A stretch of 60,537 nucleotides of DNA, the filler included, from Caldilineae bacterium (GTDB taxonomy: Bacteria > Chloroflexota > Anaerolineae > DTLA01), in assembly GCA_037446815.1 (NCBI GenBank). It is 2 parts of 2 records of this genome, joined end to end, with 100 filler letters (N's around TTAATTAATTAA, not from the genome) between each part and the next. Parts side by side here need not be neighbours in the genome. Positions count along the whole stretch, not along the records: positions 30,560 to 60,537 come from JBBIHX010000022.1; 1 more part is not named here. One strand, 5' to 3'. Shown here one piece after another: positions 47,514 through 57,068 of this stretch (position 1 is its first letter; every line of letters starts with the position of its first letter). Both the position numbers and the translations under genes were made by a program. The notes beneath the pieces were generated by a model that worked only from the letters and a program-made list of their open reading frames with translations, did not search any database and was not told the DNA's origin.

Positions 47514-49510
47514 GGCCGCCTCCTGGCTGCGTCGTCGTTCTGATCGGAGCGGAGAATCTCGTCAGCCGCGGGGCGGGATTCCTCAGCGTTCTGCCCCTCA
47601 GGACGTGGAAGCCGCCCGTTGAACAGCGCCGTGATGCGCGGCAGGTCCTCTATGCGTGCAATGGCGAAGTCGGCGCCCTGGGCGTCTTCGCTGCCCACGA
47701 GGACGGTTACCATGCCCATGGCCCGGCCAGGCACGAGGTTGCGCGGCGCGTCGTCCAGCAGCAGGCACTCCTCGGGGCGGGCGCCCAACAGGGCCAGCGC
47801 TTGCTCATACGCCCCCGGCTCTGGCTTATTTACATAACGAATGGCCTTGATGTCTATGATTGCGGAGAAGTGGCGCTCCACGCCCAGGAGGGCCAGCACG
47901 CGGCGGGCGTGGGCCTCGCTGGCGTTGGTGAAGATGACCTTGGTCAGCGGGAGCGCCGCCAGGGCCTCGTCCAGGGCCGGGTTCGGCGCGATGAACTGCT
48001 CCAGCGGCAGGTTGTGAACATAGGCCAGGTAGTCCTCGGGGTCCACATTGTGGTGGAGCATCAGCCCTCGCAGGGTGGTGCCGTACTCGCGGAAGTAGCG
48101 GTCGCGCAGGGCTACGATTTCGCTCTCGGCGAAGCCGCACCGCTCGCGCATGTACTGCTTGATGAGCCTGCCGACCTCGTCCATGAGGCCGGAGGTCATG
48201 GGATACAGCGTCTGGTCTAGGTCAAACAGCGCGAACCGCAGGGGCGGCAGCGCGCCGGCGGGCTTGGGGGCGGCGCGTCGGCGCGGATTCGCCGATGCGC
48301 GGGCCTTGGGCCGGGCGCCGAGTGTGTCGGGCTCCGTCGCCAGGAGCACCGCCGCGCCGTTGGCCCCCGCCCCGCACAGGGTGGCGACGCCCAGTCCTGC
48401 CCCGCGCCGCCGCATCTCGTAGGCCAGCGTCATGAGGATGCGCGCGCCCGTGGCCCCGACGGGGTGGCCGATGGCGACGGCCCCGCCGTTGACGTTGACG
48501 CGCTCGGGGTCAATGTCCAGTTCGCGGATGCAGATGAGGGGCACCGCGGCGAAGGCTTCGTTGATTTCCCACAAGTCCACGTCCTGGGGGCGCAGGCCGC
48601 GCTCGGAGAGCAGTTTGCGGGCGGTAGCGGCGGGGACGGTGCTGATGCGCGGCGGCTCGTCGGACACCTGCGCCGCGCCGACGATCCAGGCCAGCGGCTC
48701 CAGGCCCAGCGCGCGGGCGTCGGCCTCGTCCATGAGGACGATGGCAGTGGCCCCGTCGTTGAGGCCAGGCGCGTTGCCCGCCGTTACGGTGCCGTCGGGC
48801 GAGAAGGCCGGCGGCAGCGCGGCCAGTTTCTCCAGCGTGGTGTCGGCGCGGGGCTGCTCGTCGGTGTCCAATACGATCTCGGTCTTGCCGATTTTCACCG
48901 TGGCCGGGACGATCTCCTGGCGGAAGAAGCCCGCTTCCTGGGCGGCGAAGTAGCGGCGATGGCTGCGCAGCGCCCACTCGTCTTGCATGGCCCGCGTGAT
49001 GCCATAGGCCTTGGCGGCGTCGTTGGCGTAGTCGCCCATGTGCTTGCCCCCCAGCGGGCAGGTCAGCGACGCCGTGAGGTCGTCCACCAGCGGGCCATCG
49101 CCGAGGCGGTAGCCCCAGCGGGCGCGGGGGAGGATGTAGGGCGACTGGCTCATGTTCTCCATCCCGCCGGCGATGACCCAGCGGGCGCGGCGGCTTTGGA
49201 TGAGCAAATCGCCCCAGATGACGGCATTGAGGGCCGAGGTGCAGGCAGTATTCAGCGACACGGCCTGGACGGCAACGGGCAGGCCGGCGCGCAGGGCGGC
49301 CTGGCGCGCGGGCACTTGCCCCACGCCCCCGCCCACGCAGTGGCCCAGGATGAGATGATCGCGCTCGTCGGGCGCGAGGGCCACGCGGGCACAGGCGGCG
49401 CGGATGGCCCACGCCCCCAGTTCCACTGCGGGCACGTCTTTGAGCGCGCCGCCGAAACGCCCGAACGGCGTCCGGACGGCGGATACGATGACCGTTGCCA
49501 TGCGCTGCAT
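47510..49510 (-). CDS. Thiolase fused to a HAD pyrimidine 5'-nucleotidase-like domain
   Basis: RTPFG, NTAC, NEAF, GHPVG, LCG thiolase motifs; then FDLDQTLYP, FTNA, KP, LDD HAD motifs in one frame. Confidence 0.8.
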   Translation of the reverse strand: MQRMATVIVSAVRTPFGRFGGALKDVPAVELGAWAIRAACARVALAPDERDHLILGHCVGGGVGQVPARQAALRAGLPVAVQAVSLNTACTSALNAVIWGDLLIQSRRARWVIAGGMENMSQSPYILPRARWGYRLGDGPLVDDLTASLTCPLGGKHMGDYANDAAKAYGITRAMQDEWALRSHRRYFAAQEAGFFRQEIVPATVKIGKTEIVLDTDEQPRADTTLEKLAALPPAFSPDGTVTAGNAPGLNDGATAIVLMDEADARALGLEPLAWIVGAAQVSDEPPRISTVPAATARKLLSERGLRPQDVDLWEINEAFAAVPLICIRELDIDPERVNVNGGAVAIGHPVGATGARILMTLAYEMRRRGAGLGVATLCGAGANGAAVLLATEPDTLGARPKARASANPRRRAAPKPAGALPPLRFALFDLDQTLYPMTSGLMDEVGRLIKQYMRERCGFAESEIVALRDRYFREYGTTLRGLMLHHNVDPEDYLAYVHNLPLEQFIAPNPALDEALAALPLTKVIFTNASEAHARRVLALLGVERHFSAIIDIKAIRYVNKPEPGAYEQALALLGARPEECLLLDDAPRNLVPGRAMGMVTVLVGSEDAQGADFAIARIEDLPRITALFNGRLPRPEGQNAEESRPAADEILRSDQNDDAARRRP

Positions 49511-49591
49511 CCCTCTGCGGTGCGGCCCTGCGCCTCCGAGGGTTCAGGCGGCCGGACTTCCGGCGCGATAAACCCTCGGAGGTCGTGGGTT

Positions 49592-50383
49592 CTACCCTTG
49601 GATGATATTCCGCGCCTTGAGGCGGCCCAAAATCTGGCGCGCGGCCTCATCGGGCGGGGCGGTGATAGTCTCGCCCGGCTCCTTGGCCGGCGGGCTGAAG
49701 GAGCGCCGCACCTGGGTGGGCGAACCTTCCAGTCCCAGCGTGCCCGGCTCCACGCCCAGGTCTTTGGATGTCCACAGCGTTACCTGGCGCGCGCGATAGG
49801 CGGTGATGATGCCCGGGGCGGTGGGGTATCTGGGCTTGTTGGCCTCTTTGGTGATGGTGAGCAGGGCGGGCAGCGGGGCCTCTATGACCTCGTACCCGTC
49901 TTCCAGCCTGCGCTTGGCGCGTACCGCGCCATCGGTGAGGGTGAGTTCGGTTACATACGTGATCTGGGGGATGCCCAGATACTCGGCCAACTGGGGCCCC
50001 ACCTGGGCGGTATCGCCGTCAATGGCCTGGCGGCCGGCCAGGATGAGATCGTACTCGCCGATCTTCTTGATGGCCATGCCCAGGGTTGTGGCGGTGGCCC
50101 AGGTGTCGGCTCCGGCGAAGGCGCGATCCGAGAGAAGGATGGCCTCATCGGCGCCCATGGCCAGGGCTTCGCGCAGCGCGTCATCGGCCTGGGGCGGGCC
50201 CATGGTGATGACGATCACATGCGCGCCTAGGGTATCCTTCAGTTTCAGCGCCTCTTCCAGCGCGTTCTTGTCCTCGGGGTTGATGATGCTGGGCACTCCT
50301 TCGCGGATGAGCGTGCCGGTGCGCGGGTCCAGTTTGACCTCGTTGGTATCGGGTACCTGTTTGATTGTAACAACGATCTTCAT
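49592..50383 (-). CDS. etfB: Electron transfer flavoprotein beta subunit
   Basis: KQVPDT, NPED.NALE, FAGADT.AT, GRQAIDGDTAQVG. Confidence 0.95.
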   Translation of the reverse strand: MKIVVTIKQVPDTNEVKLDPRTGTLIREGVPSIINPEDKNALEEALKLKDTLGAHVIVITMGPPQADDALREALAMGADEAILLSDRAFAGADTWATATTLGMAIKKIGEYDLILAGRQAIDGDTAQVGPQLAEYLGIPQITYVTELTLTDGAVRAKRRLEDGYEVIEAPLPALLTITKEANKPRYPTAPGIITAYRARQVTLWTSKDLGVEPGTLGLEGSPTQVRRSFSPPAKEPGETITAPPDEAARQILGRLKARNIIQG

Positions 50384-50421
50384 ATATGGCCCTCCTGGTG
50401 ATTGCTCCTGCGCGGCTCGCT

Positions 50422-51594
50422 CTAGCGGATGCGGACGCCGACTTTGCGGAACAGGTTGGTGGCGATGACAAGGCGCTGGATTTCGTTGGTGCCCTCAAAG
50501 ATGCGGGTGATGCGGGCGTCGCGATACATCCGCTCCACGGGGTACTTCTTCATGTAGCCCATGCCACCGTGGATTTGCACGCACTTGTCCACGCAGCGGT
50601 CCAGCACTTCGGAGCCGAAGACCTTGCACATGGCGGCGTAGGTGCTGAAGTCGCGGCCCATGTTGCCGGAGTCCATCATCCATGCGGTGCGGTACACCAG
50701 CGAGCGCAACGCCTCAATCTCGGTGGCCATGTCGGCGATCATCCACTGGATGGCCTGCTTCTGGGCGATGGGCTGGCCGAACTGGTAGCGGTTCTTGGCG
50801 AAGTCAATGGCCGCGTCCAGGGCCGCCTGCGCGCCGCCAAGGCAGCCCGCGCCCAGGCTGATGCGCCCGACATCCAGCGTCTTCAGGGCCGTGAGGAATC
50901 CCGCGCCGAACTGGCCCAGGACGTTCTCCTTGGGCACCACGCAGTCCTCAAAGATGAGTTCCGCGGTGGATGAGCCGCGAATGCCCATCTTGGTCTCTTT
51001 GGTGCCAACGCGGAAGCCGGGGAAGGTCTTCTCCACGATGAAGGCGGTAACGCCCCCGCGCGCGCCCAGGGCCGGGTCCGTTACGGCGAAGACGGTGATG
51101 ATGTCGGCGATGTCGCCGTTGGTGATCCAGATCTTGGTGCCGTTGAGGATGAAGTTGTCGCCATCGCGCACGGCGCGGGTCTGGATGGCGGCGGCATCGG
51201 AGCCGGCGTTGGGTTCGGTGAGGGCGAAGGCGGCGATCTTCTCGCCGCGGGCCAGGGGCGTCAGGTACTTCTCCTTCTGCTCCGGCGTGCCGTCCAGGTA
51301 GATGGCCATGGCGCCGATGCCGGTGTGCGCGCCGATGACGGTGGCCGTGGAGCCGCAGACCTTGTTGATTTCCTCCATGAGGATGCAGTAGCCCATTTCG
51401 CCTGCGCCTGCGCCGCCGTACTCCTGGGGGAAGGGCACGCCCATGAGGCCCAGTTTGGCCGCCTTGCGGATGACCTCCATGGGGACCTTCTCTTCCACGT
51501 CAATCTCTTCGGCGATGGGCGCGATTTCGTTTTGCGCAAACTCGCGGATCATGCGGCGAAGGAGTTCGTATTCTTTGGGAAAGGTGAAGTCCAT
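50422..51594 (-). CDS. Acyl-CoA dehydrogenase (butyryl-CoA dehydrogenase-like)
   Basis: ALTEPNAGSD, KIWITNG, KMGIRGS, R.QFG, QIHGGMG, IFEGTNEIQ. Confidence 0.93.
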   Translation of the reverse strand: MDFTFPKEYELLRRMIREFAQNEIAPIAEEIDVEEKVPMEVIRKAAKLGLMGVPFPQEYGGAGAGEMGYCILMEEINKVCGSTATVIGAHTGIGAMAIYLDGTPEQKEKYLTPLARGEKIAAFALTEPNAGSDAAAIQTRAVRDGDNFILNGTKIWITNGDIADIITVFAVTDPALGARGGVTAFIVEKTFPGFRVGTKETKMGIRGSSTAELIFEDCVVPKENVLGQFGAGFLTALKTLDVGRISLGAGCLGGAQAALDAAIDFAKNRYQFGQPIAQKQAIQWMIADMATEIEALRSLVYRTAWMMDSGNMGRDFSTYAAMCKVFGSEVLDRCVDKCVQIHGGMGYMKKYPVERMYRDARITRIFEGTNEIQRLVIATNLFRKVGVRIR

Positions 51595-51666
51595 AGATGC
51601 ACTCCTTTGCTTGGCTGCGGGCCTCCGAAGCCTTTGCGACTTCGGAGGCCCCGGGAGATAACTTGC

Positions 51667-52452
51667 CTATCGGTCTTCAAATTTGGGATTGCGCTTCTGC
51701 AAGAACGCAGCCACGCCCTCGCGCATGTCGTGGGTCTCGCAGAGTTTGGCGAAGTGCTCGGCCTCGTAGAGCAAGGCATCCTGCAGGTCCATCTCCAGCC
51801 CCTTGTTGACGGCGTCAATGATGGCGGCGAGGGGCAGGGCCGACTTGGAGACGATCTTCTTGGCGAGGCCCTTGGCTTCCCGGATGACGTCGCCGGCGGG
51901 GACGACCTTGTTGACTAGACCGATGCGCGCGGCTTCCTGGGCGGTGATCATGTCGCCGGTGAAGAGGAGTTCAAACGCCTTGCCCTTGCCGACGTAGCGC
52001 GGCAGGCGCTGGGTGCCGCCCCAACCCGGGATGATGCCCAGGTTGATTTCGGGCTGGCCGAAGCGGGCGCGGTCCGACGCGATGCGGATGTGGCAGGACA
52101 TGGCCAGTTCGTTGCCGCCGCCCAGGCAAACGGCGTTGATGGCGGCGATGACCGGCTTGGGGCTGGCCTCAATCTTGCTGAACAGTTGCTGGCCCTTGAC
52201 CACAACCTCTTTCGCGTCGTCGTGGCCCTTGAGAGCGTTGATTTCGTTGATGTCGGCGCCCGCGACAAAGGCGAACTGGCCCGCGCCGGTGATGATGATG
52301 GCCTTGACCTCGGGGTTGGCAAGGGCCTCGTCAAAGGCGGCGTTGAGGTCCATCACCGTCTGCGTGTCAAAGGCGTTGGCCGGCGGATGGTCAATGGTCA
52401 GGATGGCGATGCGCTCTTCCACGGAGACTTTTACATACTGATACTCACCCAT
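51667..52452 (-). CDS. Enoyl-CoA hydratase (crotonase)
   Basis: FVAGADI, GGGNELA, FGQPEINLG.IPGWGGTQRL. Confidence 0.94.
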   Translation of the reverse strand: MGEYQYVKVSVEERIAILTIDHPPANAFDTQTVMDLNAAFDEALANPEVKAIIITGAGQFAFVAGADINEINALKGHDDAKEVVVKGQQLFSKIEASPKPVIAAINAVCLGGGNELAMSCHIRIASDRARFGQPEINLGIIPGWGGTQRLPRYVGKGKAFELLFTGDMITAQEAARIGLVNKVVPAGDVIREAKGLAKKIVSKSALPLAAIIDAVNKGLEMDLQDALLYEAEHFAKLCETHDMREGVAAFLQKRNPKFEDR

Positions 52453-52563
52453 GGTTTCGCTCCTTTCTTGTGTATTGTGGTTTGCTCGTGATTCGCGTGT
52501 GTGTCGGTGGGTTGGGCACGGGGCGGCGCGAGCAGCCCCATGCCCACCGTCGGGACGGATGCG

Positions 52564-53793
52564 CTAGGTTGTGTACTCCATGAAGCCCTTGCCGGTCTTC
52601 TTCCCCAGGTGGCCGGCGCGGACTTTGGTCTTCAGCAGGCGGGCGGGACGGAACCGCGGGCCGTACTTCGCCGTGAACTCCTCCAGTTTCTGGAGGACGT
52701 AGTCCAGGCCCAGGGTGTCGGCCAACTGGAGCGGCCCCATGCGCTCGCCCTTGTAGGTCATGCCGGTTCCGGCAATCATGGCCATGTCAATGTCGTTCAC
52801 GGCGGCCACGTGCTCGGTTACGCACAGGACGGCCTCGTTGATCATGGGCATGATGAGGCGCTCCCACGAGAACTCGGTGCCCGTCTGGGCCTTGCCCTCG
52901 GCCTGCACTTCCTTGATCATCTTGAGGACGGCCTCGGAGTCGCCGGTGCCCGGATAGTCGTAGAACCCTGCGCCGGTCTTCTCGCCGAATCGCTTGGCCT
53001 CCACCAGTTTGAAGAACAGGTAGGCCGGCGTCATGCGCTCGCCGTATTCCGAGTACAGGTACTCGCCCACGTCGGCGCAGATGTCAATGCCCAGCATGTC
53101 CATGAGTTGGAAGGGGCCCATGGGCCAGCCGAAGTCGCGCATGGCGGCGTCAATGTTGGTGGCGCTTTCGGTGCCCTCCTGCAGGGCGAAGACCGCCTCG
53201 TTGAGGTAGGGCATCAGCAGGCGGTTGACCAGGAAGCCGGGGCATTCCTGCACCACGACCGGAATCTTGCGCAGGCTCTCGGCGAACATCACCACGTCGT
53301 CAACGGTCTCCTGGCTTGTGTCCAGGCCGGGGATGACCTCCACCAGTTTCATGACATGGGCGGGGTTGAAGAAGTGCATCCCGATGACCTTGCCCGGGCG
53401 CTTGGTGGCCGCCGCCATCTCGGAGATGGACAGGGCGCTGGTGTTGGAGGCGAAGATGGTATGCTCCGGGCAGACCTCGTCCAGTTCGGCGAAGACGCGC
53501 TTCTTGATGGCCATCTTCTCGGGGACGGCCTCAATGACGATGTCCACGTCCTCAAAGCCATCGTAGGTGAGGGTGGACGTAACGAGGTCCAACTTGCTCT
53601 GCATCTCGCCCGCGCTCATTTTGCCCTTGTCCACGCGGCTCTGGTAGATGTTCCGAATGGTCTCCATCCCTTTGTCCAGGGCGGCCTGGTCAATGTCCTT
53701 GAGGACGACGGGCAGGCCGGAGAAACTGATGACTTGGGCGATGCCCCCGCCCATGGCGCCTGCGCCTACCACTGCGGCTTTGAAAATGTACAT
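52564..53793 (-). CDS. 3-hydroxyacyl-CoA dehydrogenase with duplicated C-terminal domain
   Basis: GAGAMGGGIA, EAVPE, SNTS, HFFNP, PGFLVNR; two MGP...D..G.D / G.KTG.GF repeats. Confidence 0.92.
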   Translation of the reverse strand: MYIFKAAVVGAGAMGGGIAQVISFSGLPVVLKDIDQAALDKGMETIRNIYQSRVDKGKMSAGEMQSKLDLVTSTLTYDGFEDVDIVIEAVPEKMAIKKRVFAELDEVCPEHTIFASNTSALSISEMAAATKRPGKVIGMHFFNPAHVMKLVEVIPGLDTSQETVDDVVMFAESLRKIPVVVQECPGFLVNRLLMPYLNEAVFALQEGTESATNIDAAMRDFGWPMGPFQLMDMLGIDICADVGEYLYSEYGERMTPAYLFFKLVEAKRFGEKTGAGFYDYPGTGDSEAVLKMIKEVQAEGKAQTGTEFSWERLIMPMINEAVLCVTEHVAAVNDIDMAMIAGTGMTYKGERMGPLQLADTLGLDYVLQKLEEFTAKYGPRFRPARLLKTKVRAGHLGKKTGKGFMEYTT

Positions 53794-53859
53794 CTTCGTA
53801 CCCTCCTCTTGCGTGTTATTGTGGGCCGACCGCTAACGGGCGCAGTCGGCGAACGGTTG

Positions 53860-54129
53860 CTACCAGGTCTTGAGCGGGATGTGGGCGTCGGGTTGGCCCA
53901 CGCGGACGAACAGCACCCAGGTGTCGGGGTGCTTTTGGAACATGGCCTTGTTGGCCTTGCCCAGGGTCTTGCCCAGGGTGTGGTCGCCGCTGTTGGGTTC
54001 TATGGCGACGATTTCGCCGTTGTGGGCGGGCTCCAACTGGGCCTTGAGCGAGTTGTAGATTTCCAGGCCCTTGCTAATGAAGGCCTGGCGGGTTGCCTTG
54101 TCCTTGTACATAGCCATTACGTCGGTCAT
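53860..54129 (-). CDS. Small hypothetical protein (DUF5678-like)
   Basis: RBS AAGGAGG; 89 aa with G.IVAI...SGD..LG...A....HP pattern. Confidence 0.65.
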   Translation of the reverse strand: MTDVMAMYKDKATRQAFISKGLEIYNSLKAQLEPAHNGEIVAIEPNSGDHTLGKTLGKANKAMFQKHPDTWVLFVRVGQPDAHIPLKTW

Positions 54130-54154
54130 GCTACGCCTCCTTTCCCATGCCGTG

Positions 54155-55354
54155 CTATTTGCGCTCAATGATGATGGTGCCGCCCAGCCCGCCGCCGACA
54201 CAGGCCGTAGCCAGGCCGAACTGAACGTCGCGCTTGATCATCTCGTGCATCAGGGTAACGACGATGCGGGTGCCGGTGCAGCCGACGGGGTGACCCAGGG
54301 CGATGGCGCCGCCGTTGACGTTGACCTTGCTCCAATCCCAGCCTTCGTCTTCCAGTTCCCGCCCGCAGGCCAGGGTCTGGGCGGCGAAGGCCTCGTTGAT
54401 TTCAATAAGGTCAATGTCCTTGAGGGCGAGGCCCGCCTTCTTGAGGGCGATGGGCGTGGAGACGGCCGGCCCCAGGCCCATGATCTCCGGCGGCAGGCCG
54501 GCGTAGGCATAGGCGCGGATGTAGGCCCACGGCTTGAGGCCCAGCGCGTCGGCTTTCTCTTTGGACATGACGAGGGTGGCCGCCGCGCCGTCGCTGATGG
54601 GGCAGGCGTTGGCCGGGGTTACGACGCCGCCCTTCTTGAAGACGGTGGGATACAACGCCGCCTTCTGAACAGACAGGGCGGGGTTGATGCACTCGTCCTG
54701 GACGATTTCCTCGTAGGCCACTTCCTGGCCGGCCACCTTCTTGGAGACGCGGAAGGGGACAATCTCGTCCTTGAAGCGGCCGGTGCGCGTGGCCATGAAG
54801 GCTTTCTTGTGCGATTCCACCGCGTACTTGTCCAGTTCCTCGCGGGTGAGGCCGTACATCATGGCGAGGTTCTCGGCGGTGTAGCCCATGATCATGTCGC
54901 ACACGGGGTCGGTCAGACCCTCCCACAGGGTGTCAATGAAGGTGGTGGAGCGGAGTTTGAGGCCCCAGCGGGCGCCGCGCACGCAATAGGGCGCGGTGGA
55001 CATGCTCTCCACGCCGGCGCACAGGTACAGGTCGCCGTCGCCGGCCTTGATGGCCTGGGCGGCGCTGGAGAGGGCCACCATGCCCGACACGCAGTTGCGC
55101 TGCACCGTGTAGCCCGGCACGTGGGTGGGGATGCCGGCCATGAGCGCGGCGACGCGGGCGATGTTGGGCGCATCGCTCTGCTGGCCGATGCACCCCATGA
55201 TGACATCGTCAATCAGGTTGGGGTCTATGCCGGTGCGCTGGATGATTTCCCGCAGCACGGCGGCGGCCAGTTCCTGCGCCGGTACGTCGCGGAACGCTCC
55301 CCCGTGGCTCCCGATGGCGGTTCTGACTCCTCCGACGATCACAACTTCTTTCAT
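54155..55354 (-). CDS. Acetyl-CoA C-acyltransferase (thiolase)
   Basis: RTAIG, RNCVSG, NEAF, GHPVG, CVGGG. Confidence 0.95.
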   Translation of the reverse strand: MKEVVIVGGVRTAIGSHGGAFRDVPAQELAAAVLREIIQRTGIDPNLIDDVIMGCIGQQSDAPNIARVAALMAGIPTHVPGYTVQRNCVSGMVALSSAAQAIKAGDGDLYLCAGVESMSTAPYCVRGARWGLKLRSTTFIDTLWEGLTDPVCDMIMGYTAENLAMMYGLTREELDKYAVESHKKAFMATRTGRFKDEIVPFRVSKKVAGQEVAYEEIVQDECINPALSVQKAALYPTVFKKGGVVTPANACPISDGAAATLVMSKEKADALGLKPWAYIRAYAYAGLPPEIMGLGPAVSTPIALKKAGLALKDIDLIEINEAFAAQTLACGRELEDEGWDWSKVNVNGGAIALGHPVGCTGTRIVVTLMHEMIKRDVQFGLATACVGGGLGGTIIIERK

Positions 55355-55570
55355 GCGCGCCTCCTTTGCGACAGAATGGAATGCGACCCGGTCTATTTAT
55401 AGAATGAGGTGGTAGCGTAGTCGCCGAACGGGACTCTCCGTCCCGAAATGCGCCAGGAGTAGTCCGCGGGACCTGGTCCACACGTGCCTCAGGCAGGGTC
55501 CAGGCCAGCCCCCGCTGTTTCGGATCGCCGCCGTCCCGACGACGGTTTGGTCTCGGTGCCAGAGAACGCC

Positions 55571-55626
55571 AAAGGAAAAGCACGAGAGCCGCGGGATTTG
55601 CCAGACTATCCCACACCCTCGTGCTT
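55571..55626 (-). terminator. Terminator-like hairpin inside the thiolase operon leader
   Basis: AAGCACGAGGGTGTGGGAT / ATCCCGCGGCTCTCGTGCTT followed by TTCCTTT. Confidence 0.65.
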
Positions 55627-55710
55627 GCCGATTCGGGATGTACGCGCCCAGGGCCAAAGGATGTTGGTGGAGTGTAACTGAACCCGTTTGCTAGTCAGGT
55701 TGGCTAGCAT
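55606..55710 (-). CDS. Putative 34-aa leader peptide (MLANLTSKRVQLHSTNILWPWARTSRIGKHEGVG)
   Basis: RBS GAGGGAG 5 nt before ATG; stop lies within the terminator hairpin. Confidence 0.4.
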   Translation of the reverse strand: MLANLTSKRVQLHSTNILWPWARTSRIGKHEGVG

Positions 55711-55782
55711 GCAAACTCCCTCGTTCGTTGGCGAGCCGCCGGCGCTCGTCGGTTGTCCTGGCCTGTTTTGCGCGTGTGCTCT

Positions 55783-55811
55783 ATTGTAGCATAGGTTGCC
55801 GATTTTTGCAA
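55783..55811 (-). promoter_or_regulatory. Putative sigma70 promoter of the thiolase operon
   Basis: TTGCAA-17 nt-TACAAT with extended -10 TG. Confidence 0.65.
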
Positions 55812-55826
55812 GTTGACATAACAAGA

Positions 55827-55976
55827 GATTCGGTTTCACCTTGTGTTGGTGAAACGTAGGCGCACGCTCCTCATGTGTCATTGCGAGCGAAGCGAAGCAA
55901 TCCCGCGCCCCGGAGATTGCTTCGGGCGCTCCGCGCCCTCGCAATGACAGCCACCAACAGACTTTGGAACCGAGTC
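55827..55976. mobile_element. MITE-like element, copy 7
   Basis: Terminal repeats; degenerate flanks TAACAAGA / TAATGATA. Confidence 0.78.
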
Positions 55977-55987
55977 TAATGATAGGG

Positions 55988-57034
55988 CTACACCACCAGG
56001 CCCAGCCTTCGCGCGGCGGCTACCAGCCCAAACGGCCCCGTCATCATCATGTCGCCGTGGGGCGCGGCGGTGTGCCATCCCAGGCCCGCCGCCATGTGCC
56101 GATTGGGCCCGGTAACCACCGTGTGGGTGAAGGGCTGCTCGCGCGGGTAGTCGTCCCGCACGTAGCACCCGTGCCCGTTGTCGGCGAGGACCTCCTCGTT
56201 GGGCAGGGCCGCCACCCGAAACCGTGCGATGAAGTCGCGAAGCCGCTCCGGATTGAGGATGACGGTGTGATGCTCAAAGACGCCGTACACCCTGTCCCCG
56301 CGCACCAAGAAGGCGATGGTGTGCTGATTGCCCAGGTTGACCACGAGAACCCCCTCGTGCTGATGCTGGGCGGCGAAGGGGTCTTGCAGCGCCCCAAGGA
56401 TGGCGGCCGGGCCTGTATCCATGAGGAGCGCGCCGGGCACTTGCTCCTGCACGGCCCGCATGCGGGTCAGGTGCGGCGGAATCTCGCGGTAGGCTAGGGC
56501 GTCCAGATGTCCGCCGCTGTCTATGAACTGCTCCCACTGGCGGAAGCGAAAGCGGCGCTGGCTTTCGGTGAACGTTTCGCCGTGGTCCTGCACGGCGACG
56601 GCGAACAGCGAGGGCATGTCCACCTCAAACAGGGCCAGCGTCTGGCGGATGGCGTCCAGGTCTACATCGCCGGTCTGGATGCGGAGCGCGTGGGCCGGGG
56701 CCTCGTCCACGATCTCAATCCCCAGGCCGCGCACCTCGTCGGGGTTGTCGCGGACGGTCTTGGCGGCCTCGGGCGTGGCGAACACGCGCAGCCCCGCCCG
56801 CAAGTGTTTCTTCATGGCCGACACGCACGGCCCGCCACCCATCAGCCGCCCGTGCAGGAAGATGTCCACGCGGGCCTCCGTCGCCTTTCGGATGCGCTTG
56901 GCGACGATGCTGGTTTGCGAGGGCAACACCAACTGATAGCAGTTCTCAATGGGCTTGTCGGCGTCGTACAACAGGATGTCCTGCGTGCCCGCGCCGACGT
57001 CTATGGCCAGCAACTGGCGATTGGGCGCTGTCAA
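55988..57034 (-). CDS. DUF1786 family protein (ASKHA-like fold)
   Basis: LAIDVGAGTQD, MGGGP, AVQDHG, MDTGPAA, N.GN.HT, FEHHT, GDMMMTG.FG; TTG after GGGAGGA. Confidence 0.85.
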   Translation of the reverse strand: MTAPNRQLLAIDVGAGTQDILLYDADKPIENCYQLVLPSQTSIVAKRIRKATEARVDIFLHGRLMGGGPCVSAMKKHLRAGLRVFATPEAAKTVRDNPDEVRGLGIEIVDEAPAHALRIQTGDVDLDAIRQTLALFEVDMPSLFAVAVQDHGETFTESQRRFRFRQWEQFIDSGGHLDALAYREIPPHLTRMRAVQEQVPGALLMDTGPAAILGALQDPFAAQHQHEGVLVVNLGNQHTIAFLVRGDRVYGVFEHHTVILNPERLRDFIARFRVAALPNEEVLADNGHGCYVRDDYPREQPFTHTVVTGPNRHMAAGLGWHTAAPHGDMMMTGPFGLVAAARRLGLVV

Positions 57035-57068
57035 TGCTATCCTCCCCCACACTGCGACCTGCCGCCGA

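Noticed and set aside
55400..55446. T-box-like GAATGAGGTGGTAGCG plus hairpin on the plus strand
   Set aside because: Does not match the UGGNACC bulge, has no stem I, and faces away from the adjacent gene
55806..55824. Rex operator upstream of the thiolase operon
   Set aside because: TTGTTATGTCAACTTGCAA fits the TTGTGAA-N4-TTCACAA spacing and symmetry poorly
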